From a virus (lineage: Duplodnaviria > Caudoviricetes): a stretch of DNA of 30,708 nucleotides. Where the stretch lies: positions 1 through 30,708 of IMG/VR virus record IMGVR_UViG_3300020043_002006; one strand, given 5' to 3'. The notes under the pieces were generated by a model that had not been told where the DNA came from, ran no database searches, and saw only the letters and a list, made by a program, of their open reading frames with translations. A program made the translations under genes and the position numbers. The number at the start of each line of letters is the position of its first letter. Position 1 is the first letter of the stretch. This document shows positions 1 through 7,907 of this stretch, in pieces.

Positions 1-121
1 AAGATAAAAAAATACAAAGAGATAATTATAATATTAAATATTTTATATTATTATTTATTTTATTATTATTAATTATATATTATATTTTAAAAAAGTATTT
101 AAGAGTTATTTAAATACAAAA
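1..121. repeat. Terminal direct repeat, copy 1 (circular assembly overlap)
   Basis: Bases 1-121 are identical to 30588-30708 and contain the 3' end of the last ORF (30251..30700). Confidence 0.95.
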
Positions 122-276
122 GAAATAAAAGAAAAAGAAAAAAGGGTAAAAAAGAAAAAGAAAATAAAGAAAAAGCCTCTATAGAAAAACAAACTTTCAA
201 TATTTTACCTGTTCCAAGCATCATCCATTTTTATTAGGCTATGCAAGTCTTCAACGCATTGGTTAATTATTAAACG

Positions 277-311
277 CAAAACTACACAAAAAGTTACATT
301 GAAAAAACAAA
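277..311 (-). promoter_or_regulatory. Possible leftward Bacteroidota-type promoter
   Basis: Minus strand reads TTTG (311-308), 23 nt spacer, TAGTTTTG (284-277), matching TAnnTTTG. Confidence 0.3.
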
Positions 312-321
312 AGTTATTTAC

Positions 322-351
322 ATAAATGTTAATAGCTATTTTTTACATTTG
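322..351 (+). promoter_or_regulatory. Bacteroidota-type -7 promoter element with upstream ATAAATGTTAATA box
   Basis: TACATTTG at 344-351; same box and spacing recur at 6245-6274. Confidence 0.55.
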
Positions 352-355
352 ACAA

Positions 356-730
356 ATGAAAGTAAAACGTTCAACGATAGTAAAGAATTTAGATACTGTA
401 TTTTCTCAATACATTCGTTTACGTTATGCTAAAAATGAAATTGCTGAGTGTGTTACTTGTGGTAAAAAAGACCATTGGAAAAAACTTCAGTGTGGACACT
501 TTCAATCACGTAGACATTATTCAACACGTTGGGATGAAAATAACGTAGGTGTTCAATGTTACGGGTGTAATATTACAAATCAAGGTCAACAGTTTTTATT
601 TGCTAAATATTTAGGTTTAGATAAAGCTGAGGAAATGGTTTTAAAATCAAGGCAAATTGTTAAATTCACTGATGATGATTTGCAAGATATGATACTGCAC
701 TACAAAGAAAAGGTAAAAGAACTTTCTTAA
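356..730 (+). CDS. ninG: NinG/Rap-like recombination endonuclease
   Basis: LDTVFSQYIRLR, CVTCG, QCGHFQSR, TRWDENN, QCYGCN zinc/HNH-like pattern typical of lambda NinG family. Confidence 0.8.
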   Translation: MKVKRSTIVKNLDTVFSQYIRLRYAKNEIAECVTCGKKDHWKKLQCGHFQSRRHYSTRWDENNVGVQCYGCNITNQGQQFLFAKYLGLDKAEEMVLKSRQIVKFTDDDLQDMILHYKEKVKELS

Positions 731-758
731 TTTCTATTGTTTAATAATTGTTTGAATT

Positions 759-786
759 GGGTAGTTTAACAGCTACCCTTTTTTTT
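759..786 (+). terminator. Rho-independent terminator
   Basis: GGGTAGTT/AGCTACCC stem followed by T8. Confidence 0.85.
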
Positions 787-792
787 GCAATA

Positions 793-854
793 TGTTAAAG
801 TTTTGTTAAAAAATGAAATTATAGTTGCTAATTAAATTTGTCGTTATATATTTG
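793..854 (+). promoter_or_regulatory. Early host-sigma promoter with upstream TGTTAA direct repeats
   Basis: TTG 825-827, 19 nt spacer, TATATTTG 847-854; TGTTAA at 793 and 804. Confidence 0.7.
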
Positions 855-882
855 CTTCATCAAACAATAAATATTAAACATT

Positions 883-1314
883 ATGAAATTTTCAGATTTA
901 ACGCCCGAGCATTTTAATACAGCAAAGAAATATTTTTATGGTTGTAAAAATGAATCTTATAATAATTTTACATACCACTATTTTATTTTATTTAAAGAAA
1001 TTAACGAAAATAGTTTAATTTTTACAATATGTGAATTTGGTAAAGAAAAAGATATTATTTGTGATGCAAGTAATTTTACTTCTTCTATTTCATATTATAA
1101 ACATAATGGTGGTAATGTTGAAACTGCTATTGAAAACTCAAAAAAATTAATCAATCGTTCAGAAAATAAAATAATTGAATTAAATAATGAAATCGATTTT
1201 TTAAATACTAAAAGTAAAAAACCAATTACGTTTATAAAAAAAACAATAGCATCTAATAAAAGAGAAATAAAATTTCTTAATAAAATAATTATTGATTGTA
1301 AAAATTTAAAATAA
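883..1314 (+). CDS. Hypothetical early protein with C-terminal coiled coil
   Basis: 143-aa ORF directly after a promoter and A-rich leader; no recognisable motif. Confidence 0.65.
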   Translation: MKFSDLTPEHFNTAKKYFYGCKNESYNNFTYHYFILFKEINENSLIFTICEFGKEKDIICDASNFTSSISYYKHNGGNVETAIENSKKLINRSENKIIELNNEIDFLNTKSKKPITFIKKTIASNKREIKFLNKIIIDCKNLK

Positions 1315-1332
1315 CCTTAAAAACAATTACAA

Positions 1333-1503
1333 ATGAAAGATTTAATCGATTACCAAAGATTCCAAGTTGAAGCATTACAAAAACGCATTTGCGAACTTGA
1401 AAACAAATTAAACGATGTTAAAGCACATATATTTGAATTATGTGATGAAGAATGTCCTGAAGAGTATAAAACAATTATTAAACAAAAAACTTACGAATTA
1501 TGA
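1333..1503 (+). CDS. Small coiled-coil hypothetical protein (56 aa, not in ORF track)
   Basis: MKDLIDYQRFQVEALQKRICELENKL...; stop overlaps the ERF start (ATGA). Confidence 0.7.
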   Translation: MKDLIDYQRFQVEALQKRICELENKLNDVKAHIFELCDEECPEEYKTIIKQKTYEL

Positions 1504-2066
1504 AACAATTAATGTTAAACGAAAAGCTATCAAAAATTCAATTAGAATTTAAAGCTAACAAATCAAAATTTAATTCTTTTGGTAAATATAATTTTCGCTC
1601 TGCTGAAGATATATTAGAAGCATTAAAACCTTATAATGAAAAATATGGTGTATCTTTTACAATTACTGAAAAATTAATTTGTTTTGACCCACCTGTATTA
1701 AAATCAACTGCTAAAATTATTGATAACAATGGTATTAATGAAATAAAAGCGATTGCAATAGTTGGTGTAGATTTAAATCAAAAAGGTATGCAAGTGCCTC
1801 AGCAATATGGTTCAGCTTCATCTTATGGTAAAAAATACGCTTTAGGTAACCTTTTACTTATTGATGATACACAAGATGCTGATGCAACTAATACCCACGG
1901 AAAATCAGCTGCACCTGCTGAAGATGACCAAAAATGGTTAAACGTTAACACACCTGAGTTTACAAAAGCTATTGAATATTTAAAAAGTGGTGGAACTATT
2001 GAAGTTATCGAAAAAAAGTATAAATTAGCAGCCAAAACAAAACAAGAATTGTTAAAAGTTAAATAA
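1500..2066 (+). CDS. erf: ERF-family single-strand annealing protein
   Basis: FGKYNFRSAEDILEALKP and QQYGSASSYGKKYALGNLLLIDDTQDAD match the ERF signature. Confidence 0.85.
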   Translation: MKQLMLNEKLSKIQLEFKANKSKFNSFGKYNFRSAEDILEALKPYNEKYGVSFTITEKLICFDPPVLKSTAKIIDNNGINEIKAIAIVGVDLNQKGMQVPQQYGSASSYGKKYALGNLLLIDDTQDADATNTHGKSAAPAEDDQKWLNVNTPEFTKAIEYLKSGGTIEVIEKKYKLAAKTKQELLKVK

Positions 2067-2123
2067 TAAAAACTGAATAGCCGACAACAGAAAAAAAAGG
2101 TAGGCAAAGTAAATTTATATATT

Positions 2124-2429
2124 ATGAGTTCAATTATCAATTTGAGCATTAGAGTTGACAAACTACCAAAAGAAAAGTTTGTAATGGGTAAAGATGGAGC
2201 AGTTTATTATAACTGTACATTAAACATTAATGATGAAGCTAATCAATGGGGTCAAAACGTATCGTTAACTGATTCACAAACTAAAGAAGAACGTGATGCT
2301 AAAAAAGCTAAAAACTATTTAGGAAACGGTAACGTAGTTTGGACTGATGGAAACATTAAAGCAGTTAAAAAAGAAGGGCAACCTGCAACACAACAAGCTG
2401 CAGCAGTAGAAGTTGATTTACCATTTTAA
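2124..2429 (+). CDS. ssb: Probable single-stranded DNA-binding protein
   Basis: Small beta-rich protein after ERF; flexible tail ending in VDLPF, the SSB-type C-terminus. Confidence 0.7.
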   Translation: MSSIINLSIRVDKLPKEKFVMGKDGAVYYNCTLNINDEANQWGQNVSLTDSQTKEERDAKKAKNYLGNGNVVWTDGNIKAVKKEGQPATQQAAAVEVDLPF

Positions 2430-2436
2430 ATTAATC

Positions 2437-2461
2437 GGGTGGTGTAAAAGCCACCCTTTTT
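2437..2461 (+). terminator. Rho-independent terminator
   Basis: GGGTGG/CCACCC stem followed by T5. Confidence 0.75.
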
Positions 2462-2474
2462 AAATTAAACAATT

Positions 2475-2669
2475 ATGAAACAATTAGAAAAATACAAAAC
2501 CAATTTAAGATTAGAATTAAATAACGTATATAGTTACAATACTTTAGTAGCTATTATAGATTGGAAAACAAAAGAAATTTATCAGCAAAAACATTACAGC
2601 CAAACAACACAAAAACACATTAACTATGTAGCTGATAATTTTGATTTAATATTAATAAAAAACTTTTAA
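2475..2669 (+). CDS. Hypothetical protein
   Basis: 64-aa ORF with AAACAATT-ATG leader; VYSYNT..YSQTTQKHIN. Confidence 0.7.
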   Translation: MKQLEKYKTNLRLELNNVYSYNTLVAIIDWKTKEIYQQKHYSQTTQKHINYVADNFDLILIKNF

Positions 2670-2672
2670 GTT

Positions 2673-2891
2673 ATGAAATTATTTGAAGATGATTGGGGTG
2701 TAGATAATTCGCCAATAGATAATACTGAAATAACAACTACACTTTTATATTTTAGTACAGAAGAATTAAAAGAGTTTAAGGCATTATGCAAAAAAGGCAT
2801 AAGAAAAGAGTTTAATGAACAATACCAAGTAAAAGGTAATTTAAGCGATTTATTATTAATCATTTTAAGAGAAAAGTATGGAAACCTATAG
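2673..2891 (+). CDS. Small protein coupled to the TET gene (possible accessory/DNA-binding factor)
   Basis: 72 aa; overlaps TET start by 14 nt; acidic N-terminus then strand-helix-helix-like pattern. Confidence 0.65.
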   Translation: MKLFEDDWGVDNSPIDNTEITTTLLYFSTEELKEFKALCKKGIRKEFNEQYQVKGNLSDLLLIILREKYGNL

Positions 2892-3744
2892 ATTAAAAAA
2901 GCAATTAACCGACGAGCAAACTGCAGCGTTAAAAGGAAAGTATTTAAACGAAAAGCATTACGATACATTAATAACAGGTGATGCAGATGGTTACGATTCA
3001 AATGGTCGCCTTTTGTTTAAGTTTAGAAAAAACGCTATACCTATGGAAACTTTAAAACTTGGTGTAGATTCTTTTAAAGATAGTATTGAATTAACTGAAA
3101 GTAGGGGTATTGCAAGTGGCAGCAGCCACAAGCGTATAAGAAAAGATGGTTCAGTAAGTAACATAACAGTAGGTAACAAAGTTGAAAGTGGTAGCGTTGG
3201 TTATATGGATTCATCAGCTATGGTTAAATATTGTCGTAAAACTGCTTTTGCTAAAAACTATTTTGACAAGTTTACTGCAGGAATACCTTTTGTAAAATTC
3301 ATAGATAAAAAATATGAAGAATTGTGTCCTGAGCATTATGCAAAACAAATAGCAATAGCAAAAGGTACTAACAAAAATTATGTAATAGACAATACTGCTT
3401 TTACTACAATTACAGTTAACAAAAACTTTAGAACTGCAGTACATCAAGATGCAGGTGATTATCCTGATGGTTTTGGTAATTTAATTGCATATCGTGAAGG
3501 CGATTGGAAAGGTGGTTACTTTTGTTTACCTCAATACAAAGTAGCTATTGACTTACAAAACACCGATATTCTTTTTGTTGATGTACACAAATGGCACGGA
3601 AATACTGATTTTATAAACACTGATGATAACTTTTTACGAATTAGTTTTGTTTTATACTATCGTGAGTATATGTATAAGTGTAGCCAACCACAAGAAGAAC
3701 TACTTAAAATGAAAATGGAAAAAACAGGTTACTTAAATTTATAA
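2878..3744 (+). CDS. TET/JBP-family 2OG-Fe(II) dioxygenase (5-methylpyrimidine oxidase)
   Basis: TTITVNKNFRTAVHQDAGD (HxD), GGYFCLPQY, VHKWHGNT (distal His), RISFVLYYRE (2OG-binding Arg). Confidence 0.88.
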   Translation: METYRLKKQLTDEQTAALKGKYLNEKHYDTLITGDADGYDSNGRLLFKFRKNAIPMETLKLGVDSFKDSIELTESRGIASGSSHKRIRKDGSVSNITVGNKVESGSVGYMDSSAMVKYCRKTAFAKNYFDKFTAGIPFVKFIDKKYEELCPEHYAKQIAIAKGTNKNYVIDNTAFTTITVNKNFRTAVHQDAGDYPDGFGNLIAYREGDWKGGYFCLPQYKVAIDLQNTDILFVDVHKWHGNTDFINTDDNFLRISFVLYYREYMYKCSQPQEELLKMKMEKTGYLNL

Positions 3745-3746
3745 TT

Positions 3747-4511
3747 ATGGAACAATTAAATATATTCATACCAAGTAAAAACAGGGTTAATAATTCTACA
3801 CTATTAACTTTTGCTGAAACACAAAACGAAAAAATAACAATAGTTGTAGAACCACAAGATTATGAAAATTACTACAAAAAATTTCCAAATTTTGAATATT
3901 TAATTCTACCAATTAATGATGGTGGTATTACTTACGTAAGGAATTTCATAAAACAATATACAGAAGAAAACTCAATAAGTACTTATTGGCAATTAGACGA
4001 TGATTTAACAGGGTTTTTTAATAGAGAAGGAACAAAGTTAATCAGAACAGGTTTTGAAGCTTTATATTCAGCACAATTACAATTTAAATCAAATAAAATT
4101 GCTTTAGGTTCTTTGGAATATAGGCAATTTGCTTGGTCAGCAAGTAAAGAAATAATTTTAAATAGTTTTTGTGATTCTTGCGTTTATGTTGACAATTCAA
4201 AAATTACAGGTTTAAGGTATAGGGATTATGTATCAGGCAAAGAAGATAGGGATTTTGCTATGCAAGTAATTAAATTTGGGCAAACCACAGGTAGAACAAC
4301 ACTATATGCTTTTTCTGCTCCACCAAATGGAAGTAATGCAGGTGGTTTAAAAGAAACTTTTTACGATTTAGGAAAAGAAAAAATAGCAGTTGATAGAATG
4401 GTTGAATTATGGGGTGACCAAATTTGTGTTCCTATTGTAAAAGAAAGCGGCAGGAACGATATAAAAATTATGTGGAATAAAATAAATTCAACGCAAACAA
4501 GTTTATTTTAA
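3747..4511 (+). CDS. TET-associated glycosyltransferase (TAGT, GT-A fold)
   Basis: IFIPSKNR, IVVEPQD, GITYVRNFI, WQLDDD (DxD), KEDRDF, NAGGL; 2 nt downstream of TET. Confidence 0.82.
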   Translation: MEQLNIFIPSKNRVNNSTLLTFAETQNEKITIVVEPQDYENYYKKFPNFEYLILPINDGGITYVRNFIKQYTEENSISTYWQLDDDLTGFFNREGTKLIRTGFEALYSAQLQFKSNKIALGSLEYRQFAWSASKEIILNSFCDSCVYVDNSKITGLRYRDYVSGKEDRDFAMQVIKFGQTTGRTTLYAFSAPPNGSNAGGLKETFYDLGKEKIAVDRMVELWGDQICVPIVKESGRNDIKIMWNKINSTQTSLF

Positions 4512-4519
4512 TAAATAAC

Positions 4520-4527
4520 TATATTTG
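4520..4527 (+). promoter_or_regulatory. Bacteroidota-type -7 element upstream of ATPase/MTase
   Basis: TATATTTG 13 nt before ATG 4541. Confidence 0.5.
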
Positions 4528-4540
4528 CAAAAAATAAACA

Positions 4541-5392
4541 ATGACAGAACAAGAAACAATTAATAGGATGTTAATGCAAGTAATTGAAGAAGATTGCTAC
4601 ATTGACCCTGAACAAGAAATAGAATACCCAATACCTGCTATTAGTTGTGGTGAAAAAGAATACGAAACTAAAGATGGTTATAAATCTTTCCCTATTCCAA
4701 TAGGTACTTATGGTAACTTTTCATTTATACAAGCACCACCAAAGAGCAAAAAAACGTTCTTTATTTCGCTTTTAAGTGGTGTTTATATGAAAAATGAACT
4801 ACAAGGTTTTGGTGGTAATTTAAGAGGTAATAGACAAAATAAACACGTTATACATTTTGATACTGAACAAGGGAATTTCCACGCATCAATGGTTTTTAAA
4901 AGACCATTACAAATGACAGGCGATAAAGATGACAAATACCATACTTACGCATTACGCCAATTAGGATTTAAAGAACGTGTATCTTTTATTGAATATATAC
5001 TTTACGATAAATTAGAAGGTAACGATATTGGTTTAGTAATTATTGATGGGGTTGCTGATTTATGTGCTGATGTTAATAACATAGAACAAGCAAGTGAAGT
5101 TGTACAACATTTAATGCGATGGTCAAAGGAATTAAATTGCCATATTGTAACAGTTATTCACTCAAATTTCGGTACTGATAAACCAACAGGGCATTTAGGT
5201 AGCTTTTTAGAAAAGAAAGCAGAAACACAAATACAATTAGAACTAAACACAGTTAATAAAGAACTTGTTAAAGTAAGTTGTAAAAGAAGTAGAAACGCAA
5301 GTTTTGAAGATTTTAACTTTAAAGTAAACAATTTTGGATTGCCTCAAGTTGAAGGTGATTTATACGATATATTAAAAGATATAAAAATATGA
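4541..5392 (+). CDS. AAA+/RecA-fold ATPase, probable replicative helicase (RepA/AAA_25-like)
   Basis: Variant Walker A APPKSKKT, HFDTEQ, Walker B LVIIDG, VIH, GHLGS. Confidence 0.75.
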   Translation: MTEQETINRMLMQVIEEDCYIDPEQEIEYPIPAISCGEKEYETKDGYKSFPIPIGTYGNFSFIQAPPKSKKTFFISLLSGVYMKNELQGFGGNLRGNRQNKHVIHFDTEQGNFHASMVFKRPLQMTGDKDDKYHTYALRQLGFKERVSFIEYILYDKLEGNDIGLVIIDGVADLCADVNNIEQASEVVQHLMRWSKELNCHIVTVIHSNFGTDKPTGHLGSFLEKKAETQIQLELNTVNKELVKVSCKRSRNASFEDFNFKVNNFGLPQVEGDLYDILKDIKI

Positions 5393-6255
5393 TAGTATTA
5401 AGTTTATTTAATGGAATGAATACAGGCAGACAAGCATTGGAGAATGTCGGTATTAAAGTAGATAAATATTATTCAAGCGAAATTAAACCTTACGCTATTG
5501 AATTAACACAATATCATTTTCCTGATACTATACAAGTTGGTGATGTTACTAAATGGAGAGAATGGGATATAGATTGGAAAAGTATAGATTTAGTTTTATC
5601 AGGTTCACCTTGTCAAGATTTATCAGCAGCAGGTAAAAGAGCAGGAATAAATGGTAAAAAATCAAGTTTATTCTTTACTTTTGTTGAAATATTGGAACAT
5701 ATAAAATCTTTAAATCCTAATGTATTATTTCTTCAAGAAAACGTAGGTAGTGCATCAAAATTAGACGTTGGTATTATGTCGAGAGCATTGGGTGTTTATC
5801 CTGTTAGAATTAATTCGAGTTTAGTTACAGCTCAATTAAGGGATAGATATTATTGGAGTAATATAAGAACAAAAGAAGATGGTATGTTTGGTGATATTAT
5901 TACAGATATACCACAACCAAAAGATAAAGCAATAATGTTTAAAGATATTATCACAAGTGGTCAAGTTAAAAGAGATAAATCCCTTGCTTTATTAGAAAGA
6001 CAATCGTTTACTTATAAAGATAAATTTTCATTAAATGCACAAAAATTTTTAATAGAAAGAGAAAAATTTGGAACTAATTTAATTTATGAAGATAAATATA
6101 TTAGAATACCAAATAAAATAGAAATGTGCAGACTACAAGGTTTTCCTGATAATTATTGTGATATACTTACAACTGCAAAAGCAGGTAGTCTTTTAGGAGA
6201 TGGTTGGACTTTACCAATAATAGAACATATTTTTAGCTTTATAAATAAATGTTAA
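5389..6255 (+). CDS. DNA (cytosine-5)-methyltransferase
   Basis: Motif I LSLFNGMNTG, catalytic GSPCQ, motif VI QENV, motif VIII AQLRDRYYW, LQGFP, motif X LGDGW. Confidence 0.92.
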   Translation: MIVLSLFNGMNTGRQALENVGIKVDKYYSSEIKPYAIELTQYHFPDTIQVGDVTKWREWDIDWKSIDLVLSGSPCQDLSAAGKRAGINGKKSSLFFTFVEILEHIKSLNPNVLFLQENVGSASKLDVGIMSRALGVYPVRINSSLVTAQLRDRYYWSNIRTKEDGMFGDIITDIPQPKDKAIMFKDIITSGQVKRDKSLALLERQSFTYKDKFSLNAQKFLIEREKFGTNLIYEDKYIRIPNKIEMCRLQGFPDNYCDILTTAKAGSLLGDGWTLPIIEHIFSFINKC

Positions 6256-6274
6256 TAACTTATTAATAAATTTG
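6245..6274 (+). promoter_or_regulatory. Bacteroidota-type -7 element with ATAAATGTTAATA box
   Basis: TAAATTTG 6267-6274; geometry identical to 322-351. Confidence 0.55.
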
Positions 6275-6278
6275 AACA

Positions 6279-6575
6279 ATGGAAAACTTAACTATTAAAA
6301 ATCATTTGCAGGAATTACAAGTAAGCACATCAAGAATGTTAGTTTACAATTCTGATAACCCTGAATTATTATCTTACTTTAAGGATGTTACTTTTAAGTT
6401 AAAAATGATTGACCAATTATTACAAGTTGATTCTGTTTTAGATTGGTCTGCTGTTGAAGAATCATTTAAATCAATTCTAAGACAAGATTCTGAACTAACT
6501 GATGTTGATATACGCATTAGTTTAAAACCTGCAATAGAACAAAAGGTAGCGAAGATAACAGCTAAACTTTATTAA
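6279..6575 (+). CDS. Hypothetical protein
   Basis: 98-aa ORF in tightly packed + strand operon. Confidence 0.7.
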   Translation: MENLTIKNHLQELQVSTSRMLVYNSDNPELLSYFKDVTFKLKMIDQLLQVDSVLDWSAVEESFKSILRQDSELTDVDIRISLKPAIEQKVAKITAKLY

Positions 6576-6576
6576 T

Positions 6577-6789
6577 ATGATATACATTCTTTTGTTTTTT
6601 TCTTTAATCTTATTTTCTTTGACTTTAGCAGTTCAGCAAGGCAAGGATGTAAGATTAGCTATTATCAATGGTTTTATGATTGGTGCTTTATACGATGTAG
6701 AAGAAGCTGATGATGAAAAATGGCACACACTTCAAATATTAGTAGGAATACTATCAATAAACATTTTATGGGAAACGAATCAATATTAG
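6577..6789 (+). CDS. Small membrane-anchored hypothetical protein
   Basis: Hydrophobic N-terminus MIYILLFFSLILFSLTLAV. Confidence 0.65.
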   Translation: MIYILLFFSLILFSLTLAVQQGKDVRLAIINGFMIGALYDVEEADDEKWHTLQILVGILSINILWETNQY

Positions 6790-7289
6790 AACGAGTTGCT
6801 AAATACCATAGTGATTGGGTAGAACTTGCTGCAGTGTTTGACAAAGATTGGGCAGATGATATTGTGCAGGAAATGTATCTTTTATTGCATAAATACAAAG
6901 TAACCGAACAACAAATGTTTACCAATGGTAAAATCAATAGAGGTTATGTGTTTATCATAATAAGAAACATACATTTTCAACTTCATAATATTAGAAAACG
7001 TATTGATAAATGTGAATTAAACGATGATACATATAATTTAATTGATGATTATTCTGAAGAAAAAGAAATTGAATGGGATGATTTCAGAACAAAAGCAGAA
7101 CAAGAAGTTAATTCTTGGGAATGGTACGATAAAAAACTATTTACTTTGTATAGGGATAATAAAACATCAATAAGAAAATTAGCAAAAGAAACAGGTATTA
7201 GTTTTGTTTCTATATTTCACACATTAAAAGCTAATAAGCAAAAGCTGAAAAGATTATTACAAGAAGATTACGATAACTTAAAACTTTAA
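6768..7289 (+). CDS. Phage sigma-70/ECF-like sigma factor
   Basis: ADDIVQEMYL (region 2-like), GYVFIIIRN, C-terminal HTH SIRKLAKETGISFVSIFHTLK; ATG 6768 preferred over 6720 to limit overlap. Confidence 0.75.
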   Translation: MGNESILERVAKYHSDWVELAAVFDKDWADDIVQEMYLLLHKYKVTEQQMFTNGKINRGYVFIIIRNIHFQLHNIRKRIDKCELNDDTYNLIDDYSEEKEIEWDDFRTKAEQEVNSWEWYDKKLFTLYRDNKTSIRKLAKETGISFVSIFHTLKANKQKLKRLLQEDYDNLKL

Positions 7290-7290
7290 A

Positions 7291-7536
7291 ATGGACAAGT
7301 ATATAAGCGTAATTTTATACAATACTATTAACAGGGTTTTATTTTTATTTAATAGATGTATAACTGCAGATACTATGTTTTATATAGATAATTTAAATGA
7401 TAATTGGAGAGAATGGGTTTGTTATAAAGATTATTTTGAAATAAATTACAATGTATTAAGTAAAACTGATAACAAAAATTATTATAAAGTAGAAAATCAA
7501 ATAACATTATTTAAGTATAAATTTAAAAGAAAATAA
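7291..7536 (+). CDS. Hypothetical protein
   Basis: 81-aa ORF spaced 1 nt from both neighbours. Confidence 0.6.
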   Translation: MDKYISVILYNTINRVLFLFNRCITADTMFYIDNLNDNWREWVCYKDYFEINYNVLSKTDNKNYYKVENQITLFKYKFKRK

Positions 7537-7537
7537 A

Positions 7538-7906
7538 ATGGCAAAAAGAAAAGCAAAAGGACTTGGTGATACAGTAGAACAAATCACTAAAGCAACAGGT
7601 ATTAAAAAAGTAGTTGATGCAATTTCAGAAGCAACCGGTGTTGATTGTGGTTGTGGTGAACGTAAAGAACTATTGAATAAATTGTTTCCTTACAAACAAA
7701 CTGAATGTTTAAACGATGAAGATAACGAATGGTTAACACAATTCTTTTCAGTTACAAATAATCAGTTAACACCAAAGCAACAAACCAAAATTACAGACAT
7801 TTACAAGAATGTATTTAATCAAAGAATAGAGCCTTCAAATTGTGGTTCTTGTTGGAGAGATAGAATCAACGAATTAAAGAAAATACACGAAACACAAAAT
7901 AAATAG
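7538..7906 (+). CDS. Cys-containing hypothetical protein (possible Zn-binding)
   Basis: GLGDTVEQITKATGI, DCGCGER, NCGSC. Confidence 0.75.
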   Translation: MAKRKAKGLGDTVEQITKATGIKKVVDAISEATGVDCGCGERKELLNKLFPYKQTECLNDEDNEWLTQFFSVTNNQLTPKQQTKITDIYKNVFNQRIEPSNCGSCWRDRINELKKIHETQNK

Positions 7907-7907
7907 T

